Part shown: piece by piece, positions 44,759-55,621 of the stretch
How the letters are laid out: each line of letters opens with the position of its first letter
Position numbering within the stretch: the stretch's first letter is position 1
DNA from: Diplonema japonicum
Lineage: Eukaryota > Protista > Euglenozoa: Diplonemea
NCBI GenBank assembly: GCA_964019335.1
Contig: OZ025719.1
Coordinates: 186,001 to 250,000, forward strand
DNA: 64,000 nucleotides
Direction of reading: 5' to 3'
Notes under the pieces: model-generated
What the model was told of the DNA's origin: nothing
The model's database searches: none
The model's input: the letters and a program-made list of their open reading frames with translations, nothing else
Program-made: the position numbers and the translations under genes

Positions 44759-46495
44759 ATGCCGTTCCCGAACAAGTTGCGCGTGGACCGCAGCGAGGAG
44801 ATGCTTGCGGACTCAGGCATTGGCGGCCACATGATAGAAGAAGAATGCCTCTCAGATAAATCCTTCACGAAAGTGGACGTAGAAGACGCATGCATCGGGG
44901 ATGACACAGTGCTGTCAACAGAAGACGCAGATGTGAACGAGGCAGAGGACCAGCTTCTGTACCAATGGAAATGCCCGAACTGCCACGGATGCACTGATCT
45001 ACAACTCCTCCTGCAAAAAGGATGCCTCGGCGGCTCCACAAATCAACCCTATGGAAATCAAATCGACGACGCCCCTCCAGACGCCACACAAACCAGCCAG
45101 TCCATCCAAGAAGAATCCTCAGAAGAACCAGAAAAACCTTTAACCTTCAAGGAAAAAGGCTGGCTTTGTGTAGAGATCACGGATGACTCAAGACAACCGT
45201 ATTTAACAGCAGCGAGAATATTTATCGGAACGGGGTTGTTGTTCGTCTTGATATCAGTGGCCACGTTTGTAGCAGAGAGCAACCCTAGGTTTTACTCTAA
45301 CCAGTCAAATTCATTGTTTGCTATTGAAGCAACTTGTATCGGATTTTTCACGTTTGAACTCATTCTGCGAACGGTGTTCTGCCCGGATCTGTTTCAACAC
45401 TTCACCGATTGGTTCACGATAATAGATATTTTGTCCATTCTTCCCTTTTACATCACGTTGGCGGTGGGTGACAATGCTTCGGGGGGTTTGTTTGTTGTAA
45501 GGATTCTACGTTTAATGAGAATCTTCCGTGTTCTGAAAGTGTCGAAGTACAACGAAGCGGTGCATGTTGTGTTCGGCTCGCTTCAAAAATCAACAGAAGG
45601 GCTGTATCTCCTCCTCTTCTTGATTCTGATCTCAACGGTGCTCTTTGCGTCTGCAATGTACTTCGTCGAACGTGAGAGCTCGCACTATGACGTAGTTCTG
45701 CACGAATGGTACTACAACACAGAGACTGGGAGGAAGCGGTCGCCGTTTCAGTCGATTCTTCACACGTCGTGGTGGGCGCTGGTGACGCTGACGACGGTCG
45801 GGTACGGCAATGAGGTACCTGTGAGCGCCGCCGGGAAAGCCGTTGCAGTCGTCACCATGTTATGCGGCACATTGGTCATCGCCTTCCCCATGGTGATAAT
45901 CGGACAGAATTTCCAAGAAATGTACTCACAGTACCGAAAACGCGCGAAGGCTGCAAGAAAAAAAGAAATGAGCAACAACAACAACAACAATAATAACAAC
46001 ATGAAACGGGTGGGAGGTGCGAGCGGGGTCGGTTTGAAGCCGAAACCCCACGTTCCTGAACCAACCGGTGAGGACGAGTTTGAGCCCCCGCCTGAGCCCC
46101 AGCTGAAGAGTTCTGTCGAAAACGAAGTCGAAATGTCGGCGGTTCGGCGGAAGAAAATGTTGTCTGTTGAAGTGGCGTCTCGAAGCTCCTCTCCTCCTCC
46201 TCCGGTGGACGGGCCATCACCTTCTCCGCCTCTTACGTCGCCTGCGCTGCGGCCAGAAGACGTTTTTTTGCAGGCAACTGTCATACCGATTGGGACGGAC
46301 CCTGCTATGTTGCGTGCTTTGGAAACCAGGCTTGAAAGGTTGGAAAGGACTTTGTTGAGGTATTTAAAAAAAAAAAAAAAAAGAAATCTGAACAGATTCG
46401 AGGAAGCATTCTCCAACGACCACACGGAAGTGCAGCACGCTTGTATTTCTAGCACCCCAACGTCCTCAACTCTGACCTCTTCTTTCTCGGGTTAG
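44759..46495 (+). CDS. Voltage-gated K+ channel (6TM, Kv-like); probable in-frame intron 46360-46395
   Basis: S4 RILRLMRIFRVLKVSK, pore WWALVTLTTVGYGN, S6 GTLVIAFP. The 36-nt GTATTT..AACAG segment otherwise encodes an out-of-place YLKKKKKRNLNR. Confidence 0.9.
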   Translation: MPFPNKLRVDRSEEMLADSGIGGHMIEEECLSDKSFTKVDVEDACIGDDTVLSTEDADVNEAEDQLLYQWKCPNCHGCTDLQLLLQKGCLGGSTNQPYGNQIDDAPPDATQTSQSIQEESSEEPEKPLTFKEKGWLCVEITDDSRQPYLTAARIFIGTGLLFVLISVATFVAESNPRFYSNQSNSLFAIEATCIGFFTFELILRTVFCPDLFQHFTDWFTIIDILSILPFYITLAVGDNASGGLFVVRILRLMRIFRVLKVSKYNEAVHVVFGSLQKSTEGLYLLLFLILISTVLFASAMYFVERESSHYDVVLHEWYYNTETGRKRSPFQSILHTSWWALVTLTTVGYGNEVPVSAAGKAVAVVTMLCGTLVIAFPMVIIGQNFQEMYSQYRKRAKAARKKEMSNNNNNNNNNMKRVGGASGVGLKPKPHVPEPTGEDEFEPPPEPQLKSSVENEVEMSAVRRKKMLSVEVASRSSSPPPPVDGPSPSPPLTSPALRPEDVFLQATVIPIGTDPAMLRALETRLERLERTLLRYLKKKKKRNLNRFEEAFSNDHTEVQHACISSTPTSSTLTSSFSG

Positions 46496-46557
46496 GTGGT
46501 TAAGCGGTTTTCTTTAGTTTGTTAGTTGTACAGAAGGGGGGGGGGGGGGGGGGGGGG

Positions 46558-47022
46558 GCTACGTTGTCGGCGTACGTACAGCGTACGTCTTACGGCTGTG
46601 CGTACGGCTCCTTAGGGGCGAATGGGAGTGGGGCAGAAAAACGGATGGAAGAGAGGGTGAACGCACATGTATCATGCAAACACTTTTACACCCGATTCAA
46701 GTCTCTTTCAGACGTTCTCTTTGTCACCGGGATGGGGGGCCCTACGGGTCTCCCAAAGTTAGTTCTGCCGCACGCCAAAAGTATCACAGGTGAAACGACG
46801 GAGTTTGACAAGAGAATCAACTTTGTCAAATCCCAAAGACTTTGAGCAATGCCACCCTTGCACCGGGTTCCTTACACTGCAGGCCTGACCCAAAGCCTCA
46901 TGCCAATAGGTCGCAAGGGAGGCCATTCGCTCCCTTGCGCATCCCACCACACGTGCCCGGTGAACATTGCCTAAGACCTTTCCTGAAGACGCACAAAACG
47001 CGTGCTACGCTGACAACGTAGC
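46558..47022. mobile_element. Putative TIR element (about 465 bp) between G runs
   Basis: GCTACGTTGTCGGCGTA (46558-46574) matches the reverse complement of 47006-47022 at 16/17 positions. Confidence 0.55.
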
Positions 47023-47804
47023 TTTGGGGGGGGGGGGGGGGGGGGACAAGGTTTTTTCAATTGGTTTTTTTTTTTCTTTCTTTCTCATCATTCCCTCCAT
47101 TCTATTCCCCATACAATGAGGAACACAAAAAGGTTTTTTTTTTTCCCCCTCCCCGGAGTGAAAGAATGGAGGATTTCTTTTTTTTTTCTTCTTTTTCTAA
47201 TTTCTTTTTTACTTGAACAAGAAAAACTATATATGATAATGAATTGTTATTGCTAAAAAGAGTAGTGGTGGCATTGCTGGGCTTATCCTTCTGCAGGTGA
47301 ACCCCGGCTGTGCACAAACAATAGTCAAAAATCGACTCTTTATAAAAAAAAAAAAAAAAAGGGAAACTTTATTCCCCCTTCTTTGAATCTCCTTCAAAAA
47401 AAAAAAAAGAAAAACTGTGAGGAGAAACCACATAATAGAAAGGGATGGAAAAATAAATAGAGCAAAGAGAAAGGGGAAAAAAAAGAACTGAGGAAACAGA
47501 AAAGTACGTTTTCGGTTATATGAATAGAGTCAAGGTATAGGGCTGCTGACCTCCAAGCAACAAAGGCGCCTTAGCGAAACCACTCCTGTGGCTCGTGTCA
47601 CCGATCAAAGGGTTTACGACTCACCTTTGCACGGTGCAGACCGAACAACGTGCACTTGTGTTTAGCCCATGTTTCTCTCCCCCCTCCCCCACCCCGTTTA
47701 GCCCCATCTCCATTGTTTCTTTTCTTCTTATCTGTTATGGTCAAAAAAAAAAAAAAGAAACCCCTTATTTCGTTCATCCACTCGCCTCATGTTGTCATGT
47801 TATG

Positions 47805-47835
<31 letters not shown>

Positions 47836-47871
47836 CTGTTATCCACACTCACTGCCTCAGACTTCATAACC

Positions 47872-49482
47872 ATGAAAACGCTTATTTTGCTTGCAGCTGT
47901 TGCCGTTGCGAGCGCGGCTCCTGAACACGCACACGTTGCGCTAGGCAAGGAGAAGAGCGTCCTCAAGGTGCAGTGGTCTACCAAGGATGACAAGGACGCC
48001 AGCGTAGTGAGGTGGGGTCTGTCTGCCACCTCATTGGTGCACAACGCCACAGGCGATGTCCATGAGTTCACTCGCGATGCTGGGAGGAAATGGTACAGCA
48101 GGACTGCTGAGATGACGGGCCTTTCGGAGAACACGAAGTACTTCTACCAAGTGGGCGACAAGTCCAACGGGTTCTCAAAGGTGTTCTCTGTGTGGAACAG
48201 AATGGGCGGCCTCCCCCAGCGTCACATCCTGTACGGGGACATGGGTGCGAAATGTGCCTTCACCCTTTGCAAGGCGTGCACTCAGCACAGCGACACTTGC
48301 AATGCCGAAACCTGCGCCAAGAACACCACCGTAGGCCTTGTCTCTGAGGTGGACACCGCCACCATGTTCCTCCACGTTGGGGACTTCGCCTACGACTTGG
48401 ACAGCAACGACGGGAAGACCGGTGACGATTTCATGCACAACATCGAGCAGGTCGCTTCGCGCGTGCCTTACATGGTGTCCCATGGGAACCACGAGGACTC
48501 TGCCACCAGCCTCGCCCGCTACATCGAGGAGTTCAGGAACCAGCCCACCAACGCCGTCCCCGCCACCTTTCACACCACCAACGGTGACGGCCCCAACACC
48601 CTTTACTTCTCTTGGGACCACGGCATGGTGCACTACGTCTCCTTCTCCACCGAGTTCTGGTACGGCGTGGGGACTTCCTCAGTCAACAAGGAATCATTCA
48701 TCACATGGCTGAAGGCTGACCTTGAGGCTGCCAACAAGAACAGGGCCGTCTCGCCTTGGGTGGTGATGCACGGGCACAGGGCGCTCTATACCTCCCAGGC
48801 GTCGACAGGGTCGGGCGACACATCGATCCGTGCCGACCTTGAGGACATCATGTTCCAGTACGGCGTGGACTTCATGATCAACGGGCATGTGCACGACTAC
48901 GAGAGGTCGTGGCCCACGTACAAGGGGAAGAGTGATCAGTCCAACGTGAACGCCAGGGCACCTGTGTACATTGTAACGGGTGCTGCAGGGTCGCACGAGA
49001 TGCACAGTCCCTTCGAGCAGCCGCAGCCTTCGTGGAGCTCCTTCAGGTCGAACAGCTTTTCGTACAGCAGGATGATGGTGTACAACGCAAGCCATATCCA
49101 CTGGCAGCAGGTGCAGACGGACCCCACCCTGTTCCCCACAGCCGACTACGGCAGGGTCATCGACGACGTGTGGTACGTGCAGAACAAGCATGGGCCCTTC
49201 TCCCTTGAGGAGGCTCCCAAGACAGTGCCCACTTCGTGCCCCGCTAACCTGTGCGGCGAGCACGACAGGTTCCAGGGCATGCTCGGTCTGGAGGGCGAGG
49301 GGACCAAACCCCTGTGGCAGGTCATCGACCAGTACAAGAAGACCCACGGTATCCTAGCCTGGGAGAAGAAGCTCGAGCAGCTCCTCAACAAGGTTAACAA
49401 GAACGGGGTGTGGGAGGAGGAGTCCCTCCCGGAGGACCGTGAGAGGGACTACTTCAGGTGGACCCACGCCAACAAGCAGTGA
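47872..49482 (+). CDS. Secreted purple acid phosphatase (ACP7/PAP-like)
   Basis: Signal peptide, FN3-like N-domain, and metal ligands GDMG, GDFAY, GNHE, MHGH, GHVH. Confidence 0.93.
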   Translation: MKTLILLAAVAVASAAPEHAHVALGKEKSVLKVQWSTKDDKDASVVRWGLSATSLVHNATGDVHEFTRDAGRKWYSRTAEMTGLSENTKYFYQVGDKSNGFSKVFSVWNRMGGLPQRHILYGDMGAKCAFTLCKACTQHSDTCNAETCAKNTTVGLVSEVDTATMFLHVGDFAYDLDSNDGKTGDDFMHNIEQVASRVPYMVSHGNHEDSATSLARYIEEFRNQPTNAVPATFHTTNGDGPNTLYFSWDHGMVHYVSFSTEFWYGVGTSSVNKESFITWLKADLEAANKNRAVSPWVVMHGHRALYTSQASTGSGDTSIRADLEDIMFQYGVDFMINGHVHDYERSWPTYKGKSDQSNVNARAPVYIVTGAAGSHEMHSPFEQPQPSWSSFRSNSFSYSRMMVYNASHIHWQQVQTDPTLFPTADYGRVIDDVWYVQNKHGPFSLEEAPKTVPTSCPANLCGEHDRFQGMLGLEGEGTKPLWQVIDQYKKTHGILAWEKKLEQLLNKVNKNGVWEEESLPEDRERDYFRWTHANKQ

Positions 49483-49883
49483 ACATGAACAAAGAAAAAC
49501 TACGATCCTCAACTATTTTTGTGGGGTGTGTGTCTCTCTCCTCGTTCTCTTTCCAACAGGAAATGTTTAAAAAAAAAAAAAAAAAGGTCTAAGTGCTTAC
49601 GGTTCTTAGTAGTAAAAAAAAAAAAAAGAAAAGAAAGAAGAAAAGAAAAACATGTGCACAAGACGAGGGGCGTCATAGCGCCGCGTTCCGCAACGTTATC
49701 GCCCACCTCCAAAGTTGTGTTTTTTTTGTTTTTGTTTTTTTCTTTTTTTTAAAAAGTTTGTTTTTCTTCCTTTCTTCAACACCCTCCAAACGTATCGGTT
49801 TTTTCTTGTTTCTTCACCTGAATTCATGCTTTTTTTTCTTCTTCTTATATTAACACGTGCTAAACCCACAAAGCGAGGGAATA

Positions 49884-52800
49884 ATGTGGAAATGGAAGAC
49901 GCTGCTCGAAGACGGACGACGGGATCCGTTGATGGATCTTTTCAGCACGCTGTGCTTGTTCCCGAGCGACGTTCCGATCCCTTTGCACACCGTGATGAGG
50001 TACTGGTTTGAACTGTGCACGGTAACGCCAGTATGCGTGAAAAGGAGCCTGATGCTGATGTGCGAAAAAGAGCTTGTGAACGTGAACATGCCGCTGCAGT
50101 GGGAAGGCTCAACGAACAACGCTGTCGTCGAGCAAAGAAAAGTAGTGCAAGGCCCATTCCCAACCAGCGTTCGAGGCGACAGACTACGGGAAAGGCAACG
50201 AAACCTCCTCGCATTGACAAAATCGAAACTTGCATCTCTCCTTTCCGAACAGAAGATTTATGAGCGAAACGCCGACGAGCAGCTTAAGAAGGATGACAAC
50301 AAGCCCCTCGATGCAGAAGAAATCCAGCCAACCTTCTCCATCAAAACCGGTCTAAAGGATATGGAAGCGTTATCACTGCATAAATTAAAATCTAAAAAAG
50401 TATCTCGCAACTCCAGCATCGCATCAACCGCAACAGGCAGCACCGTGCACGGGAGGTCGGACCTGCGCAACCTGTTAACAGGTTACCCGGAAGAAGCGAG
50501 CGATGCCTCATTCACAATTACTCTTTCGAAGTCGCAGCATGCGAAAGCTTTTTCCTTGCTTCGAAGTGACGCAGGGCTGACACATTCTGGACGGCAACGG
50601 GGGCTGTTCGCTGAAAAAGAAAAGGAAAGGGACGACTCGACCGTTATCGACGAACACGGTATCATAGGTATCAAAGCGGAGATGGAGTTGCAGGACGTTC
50701 TAAACATACCATTGGAGCCCCCACCTCTCCCAGACCCAAGTTTTAAAAACAGCACTCTGGAAGATCTCAAAAAACAGGCCGAGCGTGAAACCACGCCACT
50801 TGTCCCCGAAACGTTGCTCGACAAGGACGCATCCATCACTGCGATAGTGTTGTGGAACCAAACAGGGAACTCGTACTCCGCACCACCCATAAAAAAGCAA
50901 GCCGCGCTGCAACGTTTAAACGGTGTTCTCATTGAAGCATGGCGCGGTGTTATCGACAAAGGGCAGTCCATAGCTTGGCATACTGGGCCCGATGACGGGT
51001 GGTACTACAAACACCTTACACACCATTTCAAGGAAGCTGGCTTGCCTGATATACACGCGCCTGAGTTTTACATTGCCAAAGCTATTGTTGAGAGGGAGCT
51101 GTCCCATGAGGATCTCGGGATACAGGTGGTTATCTTTCCCTACCCTTCCACGCCGACTGCAGCATTACAAACCGAGCACACGTCGGGGAGGTTGTTGAAA
51201 GGAACGTCTTACTTCGGCAGCGCTCCGAGGAGGAGCATACACAAACCCACGCAGGCCGTGTTCACATCGATGATTGTCAGCGACGCTCTACAGCAAATCT
51301 CAAACCTGCCGATATGCGCGATGCTTGAGACGGCATGTTTCGAACCGATGGTTGTGGTTCTGGCGTTGCTGGCACCGACAGCGAAGGTGCGATCTGCCTA
51401 CCGCAGTATTGTCATGCAGTGCAGGTCGAGCTCCTTCATCCACTTGCTCATCGCACAGCTGGTGCACGCCTTGGCTACGAGCAACTCCAAGAAGTGGTAT
51501 GCCACAACGTGGCTCTCGCCTGTTATTGAGAAATATGGTGGGGACCTCGACTTTGAGAGCGTTGCGTCATTGATCCCAACTGCTTGCCACGAGCATCTCC
51601 GACACGTGTCGCCCGAGCTCCTCAGAGGCCTTGTCCACTTCGCGGAGGTGCATCCGGCACTGTCGGTTCGTAGCTTGTGCACAGACCTCTTGCAAACATG
51701 TGTCTGTCGTGAACTTGCTATGTTGCTTCTTCAGAATCTTCGCGAAGCTGCATCCAGGGACGACGCGGTGATACGAGACATCTGGACAGACGGCATGCTC
51801 ACCATCGACGAGAAGCAGAACGGCATGGTTTCAGGCGAGGTTGGGTCTCGCGCTCTCGCTACGTTTGCTTGCTTCCCGTCTCTTCCGAATCAAACTGAGC
51901 GCTACTTTGAACTCAAAAAGAATATCGCCGTATTAAAGGCTGTTTCCGAAGGCTCCTGGCAACCGCAACTCGCTAACGACGACCCTTGGTTTATCCCGAG
52001 CGCAATGAATCTGACCAAGCGCCAACCGGGTATGGAGGCGATGGACCTCAAAGACAGCATGAAGAGCTTAGCTGTGGAAACAGCGAGAGAAGCTATCGCG
52101 AAACACGCCTCAAATGACATGTGGAAGATCCAAGTTTTACACGGCGTGCAGCAGATAGCAATGAAGTCGGGGGGTAGAGCCGCTAGGGTAGTGTCTCTCT
52201 GCTTGCTTCGTCTGTGGGGCAGAGATGCCGCCGACTCGTCGGAGGAGGCAGCGGACCTAGTGCACATTGTGCGTGATTGCTTGGACCCTTGCGACTACGA
52301 AGGCATCACGGCATGCGTCAGGGCACTGCCGCAGTCCGCAATGACCGACAGGGGTACCGTAGCGACATTGTTGCTGATGGCACTTCGGCATGAGTCAGAG
52401 TCAGTACGGTCCGAGGCCGCAACTAGGTGCCTCGCAGTCCCGAAGAGGCATTGGAAATGGATGGCTGTCCAGCTGGGTGCAGCGATTGAGAAGTACAAAC
52501 AAGCCCCGTTCACAGTAGATGCCGTGCTTAGTTCGTGCCCTTCACTTACGGATAGGCCGCGTAACTTGTTGAACCTTGCGCTGGTAGAAGCAAAGGCAGG
52601 CAACCCTGCTGCTAGGAATTTACTGAAGAGGTCGCCTAGCTTCGAGGCGACGTCAGAGATGGCTGAGAGCATCGACAAGGAGTGGGTTATCGAATGCCTA
52701 CCTGCTCTCAATGAGGGGTGCAGCAGGAAGCTAGTCTCAGCGGTAGCATCTGTAGAGTCGCTACGGCACAAGGCTGTGAGGGAATCATGTAGAAAAGGTG

Positions 52801-54689
52801 ACCGCCGTGTGGCAATAGAGCTCACAGAGCTGCTCAAAGACGCGACCTCGCAAGAGGATATCCAGTTCATTGTGAACTCTCTTCCAGAGTTTGCTGTGAT
52901 GCCCGAGTCAGCGATATCTTCGCTTTTTGAAATGGCGGTGTCGAGCCACCCAGCAGCTGAGAAGCTGCAGGAACTGCTTTCATCTGGTGCAGTGTCGGGC
53001 TCAGAGGCAGACGAGAAGACGAACACAGACAAGCTCGCCGACGACAACGCGCGGGGACCTGTTGTGAACAAGCTTGTGGCGGAGTACCTTACTACTGTGG
53101 TGACGAATGATATTGGAACCTCCATCACCCTTATAGGTGTCTTGGAGTGTGCACCGTCTTCATTTCTGCTGACATACAGCACACACAACAGTTTACAGGA
53201 CCTTCTGCACAGTACTTGGAAGCACCCGTCTATAGGGTGTAGGAGGGCTGCGAAAAAGTTCTTCTTACGTTGTTCCGGAGGAGCTGTTCTTCTCGGAACG
53301 CACTTGTCGAAATATCTTGCGGCGTTCGCAAAGGGAAAGAGCGCAGGGTTGCGGTTCCCCATAAGGTCAGGAACCTCGTTCAAGTCTGACTGGCGGTGTG
53401 AATCGCCCGAGGACATCGAGGAGCCCACCATCACCAACGAAGAGTTCATCCGCGTGACGGAGGCTCTGCCGACCGACCTTAACAATGCAGATCCGCAAGT
53501 TATTGACGTGCTTGTGGAGTACAGCCTGAAGCACCCCAATCCTGCCATGAGCGATGCTTGCAAGAAGGTGATGCTAAACGCCACCGTATCGACGGGGATC
53601 TTGGACAAGATACATACCTTCCTTGTAATCGACAACCTTAAGCTGCAGGCTCTTCAGCTTCTTCCCAGGTCGTTGGCACAAGCCCCTGCGAGCCTGCTGC
53701 ACAACATCCTCGAGATCGCGGCGACACACCATGACGTGAACACAAGGTACCTGGCCCAGGACGTGCTGCGGGGGAACCAGAACAACACTGTTCTCCTGCC
53801 CACTTTGCTTGCAGAGGCTCTGTCCGATGTGGCCTCGCAACCGTGTGACTACGTGACAGGAGTGGTGTCGTGCTTGAACGGCGAGACGCTGCCTGAGGAA
53901 CTGTTGGCACCGCTTTGCAGGTTGTTGTTGCACCCCGACGGCTCCATCACAGACGCCACCTACACGGAGCTTGCAAAGGTGAAATCGACGCCTTCCTCCG
54001 TCCTCCCGTTCCTCATGGAATGTGTGGTCAAGGTCTTAGAACCACGGCTCACAGGTCTTCCTAAAAACCTCCGCATCGCTGTAGAGCGGGGCTTGACACT
54101 GATGCTGCTGTGGGGGGCGAGCAACTGGTTCTGCGAAGACGATGTGGATAGAACACTGCGTGTGGCCATCACAATGAAAGAGGCGGCAGCAGGGAAGCTG
54201 GCGTTGTCTTTGTTACGCAAGTCACCACCGAGGTTCGGGGGGCTGTGCCTGACGAAACTCATGAAGCAGTACGGGTACCAAAACGCGGGAGCCATCGCGC
54301 TGGGGCTCCCGATACTGCCCGCGATTACAGAGGAACAGTGCTCCACGTTGAGCACGTGGGAGTACGAGAAGCTGGTGAAGGGCATTGTGCCCAAGGTCCT
54401 GGACGAACATGCTGCGTGGGCTGTCGAACTTGCCTATCGGTCACCTATACTCTGGCCTGCTATGATTGCACGCATCCGAGCTGTACAAAGCGGCTTATCA
54501 TCAATCGCGACCGTCCGGAAATCAGCGCTGCACCATGCGAGGAATGCCATGGCAGCCCTGCCTAGCTTGAAATCGGTTCCCGGAGACCTTGTGGATTTTA
54601 TATGTAGCACCGCCGACGGGGCAGGCCCTGCTGACATAGTGGACGCGCTCAGAGGACCTTCTCGAAGGCTTGTCCTGTCGGAGGGGTGA
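49884..54689 (+). CDS. Large protein with NB-ARC-type winged-helix and APAF1-like helical segments followed by a HEAT/ARM-like solenoid; no P-loop seen
   Basis: LFSTLCLFPSDVPIPLHTVMRYW...L..MCEKELV and LQRLNGVLIEAW...W...PDDGWYYKHLTHHFKEAG, then repeated HP..SVR..A / HESESVRSEAA helical units. Confidence 0.7.
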   Translation: MWKWKTLLEDGRRDPLMDLFSTLCLFPSDVPIPLHTVMRYWFELCTVTPVCVKRSLMLMCEKELVNVNMPLQWEGSTNNAVVEQRKVVQGPFPTSVRGDRLRERQRNLLALTKSKLASLLSEQKIYERNADEQLKKDDNKPLDAEEIQPTFSIKTGLKDMEALSLHKLKSKKVSRNSSIASTATGSTVHGRSDLRNLLTGYPEEASDASFTITLSKSQHAKAFSLLRSDAGLTHSGRQRGLFAEKEKERDDSTVIDEHGIIGIKAEMELQDVLNIPLEPPPLPDPSFKNSTLEDLKKQAERETTPLVPETLLDKDASITAIVLWNQTGNSYSAPPIKKQAALQRLNGVLIEAWRGVIDKGQSIAWHTGPDDGWYYKHLTHHFKEAGLPDIHAPEFYIAKAIVERELSHEDLGIQVVIFPYPSTPTAALQTEHTSGRLLKGTSYFGSAPRRSIHKPTQAVFTSMIVSDALQQISNLPICAMLETACFEPMVVVLALLAPTAKVRSAYRSIVMQCRSSSFIHLLIAQLVHALATSNSKKWYATTWLSPVIEKYGGDLDFESVASLIPTACHEHLRHVSPELLRGLVHFAEVHPALSVRSLCTDLLQTCVCRELAMLLLQNLREAASRDDAVIRDIWTDGMLTIDEKQNGMVSGEVGSRALATFACFPSLPNQTERYFELKKNIAVLKAVSEGSWQPQLANDDPWFIPSAMNLTKRQPGMEAMDLKDSMKSLAVETAREAIAKHASNDMWKIQVLHGVQQIAMKSGGRAARVVSLCLLRLWGRDAADSSEEAADLVHIVRDCLDPCDYEGITACVRALPQSAMTDRGTVATLLLMALRHESESVRSEAATRCLAVPKRHWKWMAVQLGAAIEKYKQAPFTVDAVLSSCPSLTDRPRNLLNLALVEAKAGNPAARNLLKRSPSFEATSEMAESIDKEWVIECLPALNEGCSRKLVSAVASVESLRHKAVRESCRKGDRRVAIELTELLKDATSQEDIQFIVNSLPEFAVMPESAISSLFEMAVSSHPAAEKLQELLSSGAVSGSEADEKTNTDKLADDNARGPVVNKLVAEYLTTVVTNDIGTSITLIGVLECAPSSFLLTYSTHNSLQDLLHSTWKHPSIGCRRAAKKFFLRCSGGAVLLGTHLSKYLAAFAKGKSAGLRFPIRSGTSFKSDWRCESPEDIEEPTITNEEFIRVTEALPTDLNNADPQVIDVLVEYSLKHPNPAMSDACKKVMLNATVSTGILDKIHTFLVIDNLKLQALQLLPRSLAQAPASLLHNILEIAATHHDVNTRYLAQDVLRGNQNNTVLLPTLLAEALSDVASQPCDYVTGVVSCLNGETLPEELLAPLCRLLLHPDGSITDATYTELAKVKSTPSSVLPFLMECVVKVLEPRLTGLPKNLRIAVERGLTLMLLWGASNWFCEDDVDRTLRVAITMKEAAAGKLALSLLRKSPPRFGGLCLTKLMKQYGYQNAGAIALGLPILPAITEEQCSTLSTWEYEKLVKGIVPKVLDEHAAWAVELAYRSPILWPAMIARIRAVQSGLSSIATVRKSALHHARNAMAALPSLKSVPGDLVDFICSTADGAGPADIVDALRGPSRRLVLSEG

Positions 54690-54782
54690 TCCTTGCGGAG
54701 ATTCATTTACACTTCGTTTTTATTTCTTTTTTTTTTTCTTCCTCTCTTTTCCTTATATTATGTTTCGCAGGGTTTCAGGAAA

Positions 54783-55147
54783 ATGACAGGTAGTAACGTG
54801 CAACAGCTCCCTTCGGCGAGCTCGGAGGTGGTTCATGAGGAGCCTGCTGTCGAATCAGAGGCACCAAAGTTAGTTCTTCGGTTGGATGCCAACAAGAAAG
54901 ACCACGGAAACAGAGTGAAGTGGGACGCGAGCGTCAAAGACAGCAGGCCGAGAATGAAAACTTCAAAGAAATGTTGTGTGTTCCATAAGAGACGGGAGTT
55001 CGGGGAGTCAGATTCTGGTATGGGACATTCTAAAAAAAGAAATAACACATTTCAGAATCATGCTCTAGTGACGATGAGGCCACTAAACGTGATCGGCCGA
55101 CCCGGTGCTCTCGGAAGGAGTGCATATGCAACACTACATATAATTAG
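54783..55147 (+). CDS. PPP1R11: Protein phosphatase 1 inhibitor-3 (Ypi1) family; intron 55018-55055
   Basis: LVLRL, the RVKW PP1-docking motif, and KTSKKCCVFHK...FGESDS. Splicing gives the expected ESDSESCSSDD acidic run. Confidence 0.88.
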
Positions 55148-55621
55148 ATGGATCCTTCTTCTCCCCCCCCCCCCCCCCCTTATTTCTTCTTCTTTCTTTT
55201 TTAGAGAAAACCATAGTGTACTTGCGCAATAGTACTCTTCCGGGGAAAAAAAAGATTTCCAGTCCGCTGAAGCGCTCGGGGAACCTTTCCTTCACATGGC
55301 ACCAAAGTGGGGTGGGGGGGAGGGGGTGGAAACCCATGCTTTGGGCTCTGCGATGGGCCCAGTGGGGAATTAGTTTACCCGTGTATACTATGGGGGAAGG
55401 AAGAAAAAAAAAAGAAGAAGGGGGAAAGAAAGGGGGGGGGGGAGGGAAAACATTTACTTTTATTATTATTATTTTTTTTACCTTCACTTTTTTTTTCTTG
55501 CCCGTCCCATATTTTTTTCTCTTCCCCCCCCTTTAAAATACTACGAAAAAAATAACAAAAAAAAAAAAACCATTTTTTTTCAAAAGAAGGCGTTTCTTCC
55601 GGGAAGGAAAGGGGGAAAAAA

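Noticed and set aside
46645-46845. HVSCKHF as a THAP zinc-finger remnant
   Set aside because: The residue order differs from the CxxHF consensus and the other THAP ligands are missing.
41196-53635. Long minus-strand ORFs (41196-42407, 52295-53635 and similar)
   Set aside because: They are antisense to well-supported + strand genes and show no motifs of their own.
17534-55055. Split ORFs read as pseudogenes, frameshifting or stop-codon reassignment
   Set aside because: Each break is explained by a short GT-AG intron that restores conserved motifs. TAA, TAG and TGA all serve as normal stops.
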